Positions 1-28,100 of a DNA stretch of 64,000 nucleotides are shown piece after piece. The first letter of the stretch is position 1. Every line of letters begins with the position of its first letter. Both the position numbers and the translations under genes were made by a program. Below the pieces are notes generated by a model. The model worked only from the letters and a program-made list of their open reading frames with translations. It had not been told where the DNA came from and made no database searches. Origin of the DNA: Tubiluchus corallicola (lineage: Eukaryota; Animalia; Priapulida); contig JAQGDQ010000525.1 in assembly GCA_030141605.1 (NCBI GenBank), forward strand, positions 62,001 through 126,000, written 5' to 3'.

Positions 1-2415
1 CGATGTGGCTAATAATTTTAAATTATAATTGTGACTTTTAAAAGAAAAAAAATTAATGCTCACAATGTGTAGCTAACTCACAAGTTTGCAAAACCGTATA
101 AACGAAACGAACTGCAATTATAAGGTACAGTGACACAGGTAAGAACTCTGAATGAATGATAAAACTGCCTAGTGAGTATAAAGGTCTCATACAATTACAT
201 GATAGTACTGTTTTTAAACTTTGGACTTGACATTTGCAAATCAATACTGCAAGTGCCAGTACCATATCATCACTAGCATTACAGGCAGACTACATATTCA
301 TATAGTATACACTAGTTATGAATATGTATTATGTGAACGCATGCACGTATGGGCGAACTATTGTGGCTATACCTATATAGGACAGATAATACGTCATCAG
401 TAAAGTTGTTCTATCATTGTATTGTTTTACAAAACGTTGCATGTTAAAAAAGGACTTTTACGAAACTTATGAAGTTTGACAATTGAAACATTTCATCATC
501 ACCATCATCATCATCACCGTCGTCATCATCATCATATCATATCTACTACTTATTTTCTGATTTCTTTTTGCATTTATCACATTGTTTGACACCTGCATGG
601 TTTCTAAATTCATATAAAAATAAATTAAGCTGCGATAGTTACATAATTATGTGGCACATTTTATCAGATGTTTTCAGAAACAGAGAACTTGCCCAACCAG
701 AAAATTATTTATCATAATTATGGCTTATGCCATCGGGTGTAGATAATAAAAAACAAATCAATTCTTAGCTTCTACATCAGTCAAATTTAACAATAAAGCC
801 ACATCTGTGTACCAAAATGTCAAGACGCCACACGACCCAAATCAAAATGACTTTCAAACTGAGCTACCAAGTTTGCGGACCCAGTCTGACCCCGGTGGGT
901 GTGCAAATTCACAGTTAATGAATCTGTTCTGCAACTTCATAACATTTTGCTGACCTTGTGTACATCAGCAGATTCTCCACAGGTGCCACCTGCCTCAAAA
1001 CAATCAACAATTTCTAATTGTTATTCTACCGATCACTTTTCATTTTCTAGAAGACAAAGACTGATAAAGACTATAATACGACACTGCGCAGTATCTTGTT
1101 GGCAACCACTTAGCCATCAAGTTAACAAGTTAGAGATGATTGTAATTAATTTTGTGAATTACTCGAAAAGTGCACTTAACTTGTCAGGCTAAAACAGATG
1201 AAAGTAAAACAGATGATTCGCTTACTGGACTTGCATTGGCTCTTATGGCATCAGACCCTGCTGAAAAAAGGCGGTCAGTGACTTGGAAGTGCCTGGCCAA
1301 TAGTTGAGTGATGTTGCTTTACTGGCAATGTGCAAATAGCAGAATTAGCCATCATCAGCATTATTATTGTTATGAATGTCTTGTCATTATCATCATCATA
1401 ATCATTGCCTATGTCATTATTATAAGTGTTATCATTGTTACAAAAATTTATTATATTCAGTATCATCCCAAATTAATGTCGTCATCATCATCAGTATCAA
1501 CGTCTTCCCTTACTTTCATTGTCATTATTACATTTTTGACTAAGGCTTATGGAAGGCATTGTTCAGACTTATACAATACAATATTGTGCCATCTCCTGCG
1601 AGTGGCCTGAGTGAAATTTAGTGAAGTGTGTGGCATCCATTTAATGGCCTCCAAATACCTATGCACCTGCAGTGTGATGAAATAAAAAACTCGTAGTGTT
1701 CCAAGCCTCGTGTGTTTATAATTTTACGGATCCAGCACTAATACAATTGTTACATAGCTGGGTCGTACCAAAGCCTTGTCTAAATACCAGCGTGGCACGT
1801 GGTATTTAGATAAAAGTGGGGTAATGATGGTCTCTGTAACATAGCTGAAGTTTGTTATTTTTCAGCCGGCGATAATAACACTTTGAGCTGATGTTAATTA
1901 TTCAATGTTTACCCAAAAACCGACGTTGAATAAAGATTACTATTATTATGTTGTTGTGGCCGCTGATGGTAATGTTCGAATAACGAAAACTGAACTGAAC
2001 TGAAAGTAGTTGGCATCTGTCTATCGGTTAAATAAATCTGGTGATTATGTAAAGTCTCGGTAATCACTAAACGCGTTTTCTTATTCTGTGATTTTTTTTC
2101 GTTTCGCAAAATTTATAATATTTTCAGTAGGATTTATTGATACCTGATTTAGTAAACTTTGGTGTAATAATGCTAAAAAAATTGGTGACTACTTAATCAT
2201 CTGACTGGAGGCTACCAACTCATCCTTACTGTGATAAAAACGAAACGGTCTTGTACGTGCAACTAAATTTTAAAACTTGTCACAAAAGTCTGTACTCCCT
2301 GGAGTTCAACGTTGTAGTCGCATATTCTGTTGTTCTATGAATTGGCATAAGCACGGCTATTAATTCCAACGATTTTGGCGGATGCACGTGCTTTTTAAAA
2401 GTTCTGTTTTGGTTT

Positions 2416-15851
<13,436 letters not shown>

Positions 15852-17058
15852 TGTTTCCTGTGATGTAGGAGATATCCCAAACTACGTGTACATTGTTTGT
15901 TAAAATCTGTGTGAACTCATAACCTACTATGTAGAAATGTAAATAGTCTCTGGAAATTAATATGGCTAAGTCACTTGACTGCCAGAAATCACACCTAACC
16001 CATTATGGGGCAGTTCTACCCATTGCCTGGTAAGAGCACTAATTTCTGTTCATTTGGTAGAAATTGTGTAATTACCGATTATTTAAATATGGTTACTATT
16101 ATTATTTATTACTGGCGAGGAGAAGTTGACGTAAAAGGTGTCTAAACTGCTGCCCAAAAGTGGCTCAAAATGGTTTTTGCTTTGTCCAAAAAGTTTTCGT
16201 TTCCAATGTCTGCCAGAGTTAAATGAGAACCATTTGATTCATTAAGTGCTAGCAGAATATGTGTAAATCATTAGTAGACAACACTGGTACATTTCTGGTT
16301 AATTTGGTATCTAAAAAGGTTTCTGCAGTCGTTGAAATTAGAACACATATGTGAAAAAACTTATGTATGTAATAAATGTCGTGATACTTCACAAAGTAAA
16401 TTAGCTATAATAGCCAATCACTTGTTTAGGTAATGTACGTGTGTAAGCATCTAAGATGCACGTCGTAATTTATTATACCAAAATAAAAGAACCACAGCTG
16501 GATTGAAAGTACATTCTTTATGCAGAGTTATTGCTGTTTGACAATGCGAGAAGTTTTGTTAAGGTTTTATTCAAGGCTTGCAATTTGTGAATTATCTGAC
16601 ATTGGGATTAGTGCACCTTACCGCTAAATATGAAGCAGTTTACAGTTTTGTTCTCTTGCACTGATACCGGTAAAGCAAGATGATTGCAAGCTATTCAGTC
16701 ATCCAGCAAAGCAAAACCAGAAATGGAACTGATACTGCTGTATGTAGAAAACTCCAGATTCGTACGTCTTCAGTGTGACTCATATGAGTTTGAATTCTAT
16801 TGATGGATTTGACCAGCTAACATTTTGTAACCACAGCTAAATCTGTAGGCATTGAATTGTTTTCCGACTGGCGATTATGTATAATTTTACTTTGTGTCTC
16901 GAGTTATTTTGTACTACTGAAAGCATTGCTGATTTCTGTGTATCATGATAAAGTATGGTAGTGGTTCTTCTTTGTATCACAAATCACAATTATTTCTACT
17001 GTTAAAAAAGTTGAGGATGCTATTGCATTAATAGTGTCAGTCTTTTTGATGTCTAGAA

Positions 17059-17546
17059 CAGTGATGTGCAAATTGCGGCCCGCGGGCCACTTGCGGCCCC
17101 GCGAAGAGATTTGTCAACCTAATGAAAGTGCGGCCCGGGCGATTAATTGAGTGTATCTAGCTGAAGTCCGTGCCACGATCCCAAAGATAGTGTGGGTAGT
17201 TTTTTCTACTAGATCGGATGTCATTAACCCTTACAAGACGGTTGTAGCTTAATTTCACTGTGCTACACAGACTGTGTGATACACATTACTAATATGCATT
17301 GTAATGAAATTACCACTATCTGTCCTGAAAGTAGAAATATATGGTTTGTAATATAAATTTTAATAACTTCTAAAATAGTTTCTTGAGTGTAGTAGTGCAG
17401 TAGTAATGATGTACACAGGTCGGATGCAAAAAAAATTGTTACTAGGCCTTTCTGTACTTGGCTCCTTGATCAAACTGCCTGTGGCCTGCAGGAATTGCGG
17501 GAAAGTTTAATGTGGCCCGGCTAGTCAGATAATTTGCACACCCCTG
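17059..17546. mobile_element. hAT-Charlie-type MITE
   Basis: TIRs CAGTGATGTGCAAATT / AATTTGCACACCCCTG, subterminal TGCGGCCC repeats, perfect 8-bp TSD GTCTAGAA (17051-17058 and 17547-17554) matching the Charlie NTCTAGAN target. Confidence 0.92.
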
Positions 17547-19163
17547 GTCTAGAACAAAAGAAGGGCAAGTGCAGAGCTGCTCAATACACTAAATGCAAAT
17601 TACTTACAATACAGCATAAATGAAATTGACATGATTTATGTATTTTAATAGTTGCACATTGCTAGCACAAGAATCACAATGGGTTTGATTACATGTACTT
17701 GAATTTAACTGTACAGTAATTGATTAAAGTTAAGCAAAAAAGTGAGCTTGTGCTTTAATGTTTGTTAATAACATGGAAAATCTAATAATAAAATGCCTAC
17801 CCGTTCCCAAGGTATTACAGGCAAAAATCACAAATCACTGGATTCTGACTATGTGCTGTCAATTTGACAGCATGTTCCTTCCCTAACTATTTAACTATTG
17901 AGTGTTAGCTGCAAATGTGAGATTTTGCGATACATGTACAAGTAATAAAAAATAAGTACATTAACTGTACTTTCCCCGTGATATAAATTGCAAGGAAGTA
18001 TATATTGAGTTCCAAATGCAAATTTTTGTCACAGTTAATTTTAACTAGTATTATTTAATAAAGCAGTTTTACTATAAACTGGAACAACTTATTATGTTTG
18101 TTTTGTTATGTTCTACTGTAGTATTTTTGGAATTGCTTAGTAGTAACTACACCTGGTGATTGCTATTCTATACTGCCCTGAGTAATGTCTCTCATGAGGG
18201 AAAATATATATGTATATCTGAACGTGGCTAGGAAGCTGAGTTCTGGTTCACTGATGCTACTCAATATGACAATAAGCCACGCCATTCAACTTCTCAATGG
18301 AAACAGAGCTGCTAACCGACTTGACTAATGGTAGTTTCCGTTGCAGTAGACACCATATTGATGAAATCTAGTTATAATTCTTATACATAATTATATAGTT
18401 TGTAATGTTTTAATTTTGGCAAACTAGGACCATTTTTTGGGAAATTTTGGACAAATACAGTGTTTAAATAGAAATCTACGCATTTTGAATTTTAGCCAGT
18501 TAGCGCCAGTCACTGTCTACAGAAAATCGTTATACCATCCAGGCTCTTTATTCACGTTGTTGTACACATGTACAGGTTAGTACAAATATTTATAGGCATT
18601 GTTCACAAAACTTTTCAAATTATTGTGCCACAATACCAATCCCAGAATGTACACATGATGCTTTCATTTGTTCTTCACCTTAATTAAAAAAATTGCCTTG
18701 ATAAAAAATTGAGAGGATTTACTTCCAACTAAATAACTACGCTACTTTAGTAACTAAAAGAATTCTTTGTAATAAATAATAAGTCAATCTGGGAAAGGGA
18801 GAATTTACCCTGTCCAAGTGTAACCTTGGTTCTAGCTATAGCACAGGGTTTCTTTTCATGTATTACATCTATTCTAATATTCATAATACTACATGTCTAG
18901 AGGAAAAAACAATACACACATCCATAACAAACATAAGGACTTTATAACATGCTTTATATGAAAGCGTAGATCGAACTAAAAAAATCTGTTATAAACTAGT
19001 TGAACATAATGGTGGTCCACATAATGCTTTGGTTTGACCTTTCTCAGAGCCGATGGGAATTGTTGAAATGGTGAAGCTTAACTGCAAAGATAGGCTTTGC
19101 TAGTCCTGTTTAGTGAATGGGGGTGGGGCAAGCTATAGAGTTGTATTGGTGTGCTAATATTTA

Positions 19164-22100
19164 TCACACATTAATGGATAGGTGGGCAAATCGATATTGT
19201 AGGGACGTTGTATTGCGTATTAGCACCACAAATTTGTTTCTGAAGCTTAAGCTCTGCAATGCATGTACTAACCCAGATGCACTACAAAAACCAGCAGCTT
19301 GGCCACCAGCTACAGAAAACGAAAAATTGCCGTATGTCACATAGCCGATTACGTCACGGGCACAATGAGTCCTGATGTGGTTGACACTCCCGAACAATTT
19401 TTTGCGAATGACGCGATCTCTAGCTTCAGCTAATTTTGCAGCTAAAACTCGCTTTTTTACAATCTTTAAACTAGATATCACAGAATCTTTTGAGAACTTA
19501 TCTGTCTGTCCTGACTTTATTTCACTGCTAGATATGTCACCACCCTTGTCAGAGACCAGTTTGTCACTTTCTATACGAAATATTTCCATTTTCATAGATT
19601 CTGAGACTTCATTTTTACTTTTGGCTTGGAGCTCATTTGCTGGATCATCATTTTTAGCACCATCTTTAAATCTGATTGTTGTAGCAGATTCGTGACCATC
19701 TCCCTGGCTCAGAAAAAATGGTTTCTTCTTTTTCTTTCCTGTTTTACCTAGTATTTTTGACTCAGCTAACACCTTTTTTGTTAACAAGTCTTTATGTAAG
19801 GGTTCAGTAGGTCCTCCGTGTTTTCTATCATTGGCCAATGTGTTCAAATCCATCTCCAAAGGCAGGCAAATCATGGCATAACACTTTGGTGTCCCTCTCT
19901 GCAGGACGTTTATCTTCACTGGTATTAGAGCACGGGGATAGTGCAGTTCTAACTGAGAAAGCACAGACATAGCCTCTGCACAACCTTTGTCAGATGTAAC
20001 CTTGCGTCGTTTAGCTGTGGATTCCATGAGTTTCTGCAGCTCCAGAAGTAGTTTTCTGTTTCTCAGTACGAAGAATTTGTCACTTGCACCTTCAAAGAAA
20101 ACAAAAATTTATAGTAAATTCGATAATTTGATCATTTCAAATACAGAAGTATGTAATGTTATGTTCAGCACTGTTTCTTTGCAAAAAGCTATAGATATTT
20201 TGAATGTAATTCACTTCATTTTACTGTTAGCATATTAGAATGCTGTAGTAATTCACACATTTGTAATTGCTGACTAAAATAGTTTTGTTAACCTACCATA
20301 AATAATACGGAAAACAATTTACAGAATTTGTAACGGATAAAATTTATGTTTTACAGAATTCCAACATCATAAAATTACAAATTTTAACATTAATGTCCCT
20401 TAAACTGAGCAACATAACAAACATAAGGTTTGACTTGAATGAATACTATTAAAAACCTCGTGGGTCCTGTTTAACCATTTTAGGACACTCAGATTTGCTG
20501 TCCCATTCGCTTACTAACTGAGCCCAGGGGCAGTGGAAGGGAGCCTGAACACCTAGCTTTACGTAATTAGGCCGTTTTGCTGGTGGATGTTTTAGATACA
20601 GCATTTCTTGCTCTTCTCTCTCACTTGCCTGCAAATAACAAAAAATATTTCATAGATTCCAATAAATTGAAAATAGAGTAAGGTAAACTAAGTGTGATAA
20701 TTGTACAAATATAACACTTACTAACAATTATTAACTAAATTTGTGCAAGACAGAAACGATTAGCTTGTTTTGTTCTCCACTACTCCACTACTTGTCACAT
20801 GTCTGTTAAAATTTGAAAAGATATACAAACTTATGAAAATAACCTAAAATTAAAAATTGTAAGTAATTAAAGTGTCAAGATGCATCAAAAAATTAAAAAA
20901 AAGCATTTAGTATTATTAAAGTAAAAGCATTACAAAAGAATTAGATAATCAGTAGCTGACCTCAAGTTTTTGACAAGCTTCAGTGTCAGGAAAATCTCTT
21001 GGAAAACTTAGCTCTCCCTGTTCCCAACAGATGGCATCACTTTCTCTCAGACCACCTACTCGGGCTCCACGATACACTAACGCGATCCAAAATGCCATCG
21101 CCCAGCCAGCTGGAGCAATGAGATCCCATCCAGAGCCATATCCCAGCATTTCCTGACAGCATGACGTTACTTTGGCAATATCGCAAACTCCTGGGTTCTG
21201 CACTAACAGCACAGGAATTCGACTTTCGTCCATACCCAAGTCTAATGGTGTTCCACATAGGGCGTTATCACTACGAATCTTATTTATGAGTTGCTCACTC
21301 AATTTTGTTGCAGTGACTTCACAACGGATGTCTTCATTCCAAAGAGCACAGTGGGAAACCTCACAGGGAATTTTATCAAAGGATATTACGTCAGCAACTT
21401 CTGAGTTACACATGACTTTGTTTCGTTTTGGAGGAAGAAGCAGACGTGGATCTTTCACTATTAAGCCTAGTGTTAGAGAAATATACATTAACATCGCACA
21501 CTGGAACACTAACATATTGCAATACATTTGATATCCATATCCAACACAGAAATCTAATTTTGTGAAATTTTCTATGTTTAGTCATTTTTTACCTTAAATA
21601 GCAAATGCTTAGTGTAACATTTTGAAATTTCAAAAATAAGCTAAAAAGTAAAACTGATAGCTGACTGTAAAGTTTGTAAAACTTAATGCAAAGTAGTAAA
21701 ATGGTCTTTGTAGAGTATGTATCTTACTGAAGTCTGTGTAGAGAATATTACGTGCAATTAATGATTTTGAAACAATTACTTGACAGACATACTTATATTG
21801 TTATTCAACCACAACTTGGATTTTAATTCTCACAAGAACTGTAAGTTTAACACCACTTGCTACATTTGTTGCATCAGGAGTTGCCTAATAGTCATATGAA
21901 ATAAAAAAGCAAAATCAACATAGCATTGCAACACTGAATATAGCTTCTTACCTATAACAGTACTTGGTGATAATTCAGCTGGCGACTGTAATCCTGCCAT
22001 CAATTCCCAGAGGTCTTTCTGTTTCCCATGAATCTGGGCATTTCTTTTCTCTCTAAAATAAGCTTCCCACCATCTGCATACAAACGCTGGTTGAGCGACA

Positions 22101-25100
22101 TCCGATTTGACATCTACAGTTGGCTTTAGTTCAGCTGTGTTATTACCTGCATTACTAGTTACCTTTTGCGAACTTACAGGCGGTTTGGAGTTTTTCTCCC
22201 GTGTTACATCGTCTTTTGCTAGATTACAGAAGTCCATGTCATCATCTACCTCTGTGTTCACAGCTAGCATCTCTGGTGCATGGGAAGAAATGTCAATAGG
22301 TTTTAGAGTGTCGTGTAGGACAGCTTGAGAAAGCGGACCAGTTAGTTTAAATCGCACCAACTTGTTTTTCAAACACATTATTGATACTGTTCCATTAGTA
22401 TAGATCTCAGCAATTGGAGAACTAAACTCGCAAGGTTTTCGTTTATCATCTGTTTCTGACCGACTGACAGCTACTTTTGTTTTTTTCTTCTTGGAGACGG
22501 CATCTTCACTTTTAGCCGCCAATTCAGGAAAGTCGACATAAGCTGGAACAGATTCGATCCCAAATGCTAAAAGAAATGCTTCTAAAACTGATGCGTAACA
22601 GGACGGATGAACCCACAACCACAGCGCTCGGCTTGTATCTGCATATAAAATACAATTAACACAACTGAAAAAAACTAACATAATAAAGCCTTCAGAATTC
22701 TGACAAAAGTAGAAGACTGTTACTGCACAAGCAAACAAATTTGTGGGAGTAGAAAACCAATGAGACACAAAAATTCTTACAATCTTGTAAACTTTGTGCA
22801 AATACAAGACATTAATAAAAACGTTTGGAATACCTATTCCCGTAGGATCAGTCAGCCGCCAAAGAATGAGAGCTAGACCGATAGCATTTTGTGGATACTT
22901 GTCCACACCATATAGCATCACTTTGCCCTCTTTGGCACCATGTAGATACATTTTTGCTGCTACTGTTAAACCTGTAATATACAAAACAGTTGTGTAATAC
23001 TAAACAAAAGCACATTAAACTATAATTCTCACGATTTCTGAAAGTGGACATGCCAACAAAAATAATTCAATTATTACCCTTTGAACAAAAGTGCAATGTT
23101 GCAGTTTCAAAGTTTTCTTGTAGATGTGCTTTCAAGTAAAACATTTTAGTATATAGATACATGTGCATAAGAGATGAAGGCAAATAGTAACAAGCTGTTT
23201 ATTACAAAACGTCCATTTGTTAAATACAGTTTGAGAGCATAGAAACTGTGCTGACGTTTGTCCACTAATGTCATAATGTGGTCACTGAACAGATGCACTT
23301 ATTAGCTACGCTTTAACTTTTTAACTCAGTCCTCTTCATTTGCTACATTCAAGCTCAACTATTACCTTATTTATTTAGTTTAATAACCTATTATTAAGCT
23401 GATAGCTTTCACACACAAAATCGGTGGCTGCATTAAAATAACTCTTAATTATTTGATAACCTTTTCACTTGCGATGGGTTATTTGCACTTGTTATTTTAA
23501 TGCATGGAAAAGATACCCTGAAACTGACATTGGATCTATGTTTTCATTGTTTAGACATTATAGAAAAAATGCACTATCTATTAAAAACAGTTAATACAGC
23601 AATGAAAACTTCTAGTAGAAAAACATGAAAGCACATTGACTATGCAAATGTAGAACAAGCACCCAATATGTGTTGAAAAGAATCACAACTAAGTATGGAA
23701 TACATACTTTTACTTGAGAGCAAATAAAAACGATGCTATAAGACGAAATACTTAATCAAATGTTTGATATTGTCAAAATAAAGCTGCTGCATGAATGACC
23801 GTAAAAATATTTAAAATGCTGAAAACCACCCAGAACATGCAAGTGTGCAGAACAAATCCTGTCGGTATTTGCAATTTGAAACTATTGCCATGCAAAAATT
23901 TACTAATCACGTATGTAATGCCACCAAACATACCAACTTCCTTGTTCGTTAATCGTGCCATGCCTTTAATGATGTTTGCCTCAGTTCCTCTGATTTCGAT
24001 ACAGCACATATACGAAATGTCCTGTAACATACACAGCATTGTTGTTATCAACATGTCTCAGTATTCATTTTTTCTGGTCTTTCTGTAAATTTCGAATCAA
24101 GCAGCTATGCATGCATTGTCTAGCTTCATCATTAACAAAGCATTTTTTAACTCAGCTTTTTTCTGACCATACATTTATAATCTTAATTAATTCAAAAGAT
24201 ATTGACAAAACAGTTACTACTGATACGAGTTTCTCCACAGACCAGACATTTTATAGTATTATTGCAGAAACTGCTACAGTACACGTATTGATTACAGTGA
24301 ACATATGTTTTCACTTTACTACATAAAGTACTTTCAGATACTTCAGACTTTTGCTGCAACCTACACTCACCTGCAGTAAACAATGCTTAGCTGAAGCCCT
24401 GTAACAAGCACGTACACTTTTGTCAGACGGATGAAGCGGTATCTTGTAACCCCACAATTCAGTCATCTTGAATCTCTTTGCATGCCATATGTGCGTTTCC
24501 AACCATTGTGCATGTCGCTGTCGCCGTGCGTATTCTGTCAACAAGTTGCTTGGTCGTCGACGATGCTTGCGACTGGGACGCTTTTTGCGATTAACAGCAC
24601 CCGCGCCCTGAGTACAACAATAACTGGCTTGCATTCTTAACTGAACAATCTTTAGAAGTTTACAAGCAAAACAATAAATATCAGTAACTTTTGCAATTCG
24701 GGGTAACAGAAATTCGGGAAATGCTAAGTCGTCAAAGTGTGTGCTTAGCTGGAAAAGATAAGCAAAACCGAACTGGCTATCTAAAACATGGATGACCTGT
24801 AAGAACACAGCTTTTGAGCAGTTTGTTCGGCCATACTGCCACCAGAATATATATCTCAGTGAGACAGAATGGGAAATGCCCGTCAGTTCGGTGCTTAACC
24901 TTAAATGATTATCCTTAACACGCTAGATTCCAAGCTAGCTACAATCACATACTAAATTAGCTGTTGCCATCGAGTGTTGAATGCTAGCGCTTGTGTACAT
25001 GTATATAAAAAATGACAAAGTCTGGAAAATATAACACAACAAACAGTCTACATTTTTTTGAAAGAACTACTGCACTGAAACATATTTTATTGGAATCCAG

Positions 25101-28100
25101 TAAATATGCAGCTGCAGATCTGCTGTAAATGCAACATGACCAAGATTGGGTTAATTTAATTAGACTAAAAAAAATGTTATCTAATCGAAGTCTACAGCTT
25201 CAAAAACGCAGATGAATTTATAACCACCCAACACACACTTCATGTAATGTGCTTAAATGATATGACTGATTCATGCCTGCGCTGACTTCCAGGCCGAAAG
25301 TAAAAAAAAAACGGTAGCAAAGACTGCATCTAGTCCCTTAATAAAAAATGGTAGATAATGTCTCAGCTCAAACGGGTTCAAATGCAACAGATAAAACTAT
25401 AAAATTTATTCCCTATAATGTAACATTTTGCTTGAAAGTTATCAAATAACTTCTAGCACACTGTGAGTTTATTACCACGGAAAAATTTTTTTGCTTGGAA
25501 CATTGACAGATGTTGCTTCTATCAGACATCAACACAAAGTTACGAAAATCATTATTGGCAGATTCTCAGAAAAAATGTACAAATGATTAGTTCATATAGA
25601 GGGTCCCGTTGTCGTAAACTACAACAAACGTTCAAGAGACAACTATGGGCAAAAAGCCTACTTATAGGCTTCGCCCTGTCGATCTACAGTAATCTACTGT
25701 AAGATTTTGTGGAGAAATCAAGCTCCTGCATTGCACTGGAGTAACATTACTGGAGTTATAATTGCAATAAGTGGAGTTTTGGAAATACATGTACTAGACA
25801 GATATACTGGAACAAAAAGCTGACAGCCAGTTCAGTAGGCCTAACTTTGGTGACTTGATATGTACACTCCGGGTAGAAAAGTTCAACATACAAACTCAAA
25901 GAGACATAATCAGCTAAGAATTTCTAAAATTTTGCACCCTCCTAGATTCCCTGAAAGGTGTAGTCCAGGTGGTAAAGTTAATGATTTAGGCCCGAAATGC
26001 TAGCAGAGTGATGCAAAACTAAAAATATATCTAATAACAAAACACTTATTATTATAGTATAAATCCACAGTTATTGTGCTAAGTTCAGATGCCAATTTGA
26101 AAAACAAATGTGAGAAGTTATGTGTGAAGCTAACTTTTAACCTTTGCTTTTAAACATAAAACATGAATCAACGAAGCACCTCACTGTATAAATGCTTTTA
26201 GCACAAGAACAATTCAGTCACTAACTTGGAAAACATCTCCATAACCATAGTAGCGTAAGCCACAGAAGCAATTAAATTGCAAAAAACAATGGAAAACTGG
26301 CATAAGATAGTCCAGGCAAGAAACTGGTTTTTCAGAAAACATAAAAACGGTCCCAAGAGTAAGACATTTGGCAAACCTGGCATCAGACAAGCAGTTGTGA
26401 GAAGTTTATCATTGCTGATACCTGTTTTTATGCGTGTGTTAACGCAACGTGCTGTTTTGGTATTGTCATAGTCACCACCATGAAAATGAAATGGACAAGC
26501 CCTTCTTGGTCTTCTAGAAATGCTAACATGCAATAGGGGAAACAAGTGATGGTAGGGTTTTTCAGCTGACACAATTTGCCATTTTATTTGAATGGTTTCT
26601 GCTTGAATGTGAATGTTTTTGCTTGAGATTTGAATGTTGTCGTGTACACGAATAAATCACAGTCAACAAAAGTTACCGAAAATCAGAGAGATCAGGCCTC
26701 TCTGTATATCCACACTAATTACTACCACTTGCTGCACTACAACCTACAAATAAAACTACATACTGCAGAATGTGTGTATGCATAAACAGCACAAATTAGC
26801 TGATTTATTAGCTGTAGTAAAGATTACAGTACCACACAAGAGCCTAACAAAGACACATTTTTTACAACCTGCTTGTAAGGTTCTCTTCTCTAAGCAATTA
26901 TTTTGTACCATGATTAAATCACTAGTATGATACTACTCCTACTACGAAAATGTCATAAAATAATTATTCTCTGCCTTTTGTAAGCCTGCTTTAATACCAA
27001 GTTAGTCTAAAATCAACGAAAATTGTCTCGAATCTACTACAACTGTGCATCTACACAAGGTGGCCTGGAGTTGATAAACTCTTGCCTTCTTTTTCATTTC
27101 AGAGCTCTTAATTTTCTGCAGATTTATTGTGAAATATTACATTCTAAACACATCTTATTACTGGATGCTACTAAGGTAACCCAATTAAAATATATTTCTA
27201 CTGTGCACTACAAAATTTTTTATTTTTATGAGGCAAACAAACGGTTGTGTTTGCAAAAGGAAATCCCTCTTGCCGGGAAAACCCTTGCATTACTTATCTT
27301 ACTTATCTTTGTATAGAAGCATGATTTTTTTTATATAGTTACATATATACTAAAATCTATCACCACCTACTGGATACTACACTAAAATGATCATTAAAAT
27401 GTATGATTTCCACTGCACACTATTCAAAAGAAAAGTAAATCTTCTACTGGATAAAACTTAAAATAGCTAGTAAATAACAAGTATAGTGTAAAAGCAGTCC
27501 AAAGCATAATCGATACATGCTTACTTTAATTTTTGGTATAGTAGTATGATTTCTTATATAGCTAACTGTACATACTGAACTCTATCCCCACCTACTAAAT
27601 ACTACTCTAATATGATTATTAAACTGCATAATTTACACTGCACACTACGAATACAAGCTAAAACTTCTAAAAGAAAAACCTTAAAACAGCTAGTAAATAA
27701 CAAGACTACAATATAAAAGTTGTTAGGGTATAACGAATAGCGTGAAGACACTATGTAATTTAATGAGCAAGCACGCAGGTAATGCATCATGGCCCTACCT
27801 GCGATTGTTGAATGTTTCGAAGCCGACGAGGCAATCTCCTCGTATCGTAGCTAGCGGCCCGTCGTCGCATGTGACGAGGCAGTGTCTGAAAGGCTTGCAC
27901 ATTTGCCATCATCCGGCTTGCCAGGATGTTTTGCGTTAGTGATTCTATTTCTTGAGCACGTCTACGAGCGTACTCCGCAACTGACACGTCTAAAAAAGGA
28001 TGGGTCCCCGTGTAATTAGTGTCCATCACAGATTTGCAAACACCTCAAGAATAGTTTTTTCTGTTAGTTTGATCTGATATATAAGAAAGAATACCACAAT

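Noticed and set aside
1275-1610. Hydrophobic or Asp/Asn-rich ORFs (also 44286-44561, 46178-46496)
   Set aside because: Translations of (ATC)/(ATT)/(TA) simple repeats.
21860-22984. 374-aa single-exon ORF
   Set aside because: It is two POP1 exons plus a 195-nt intron that happens to be open. Splice sites are clear.
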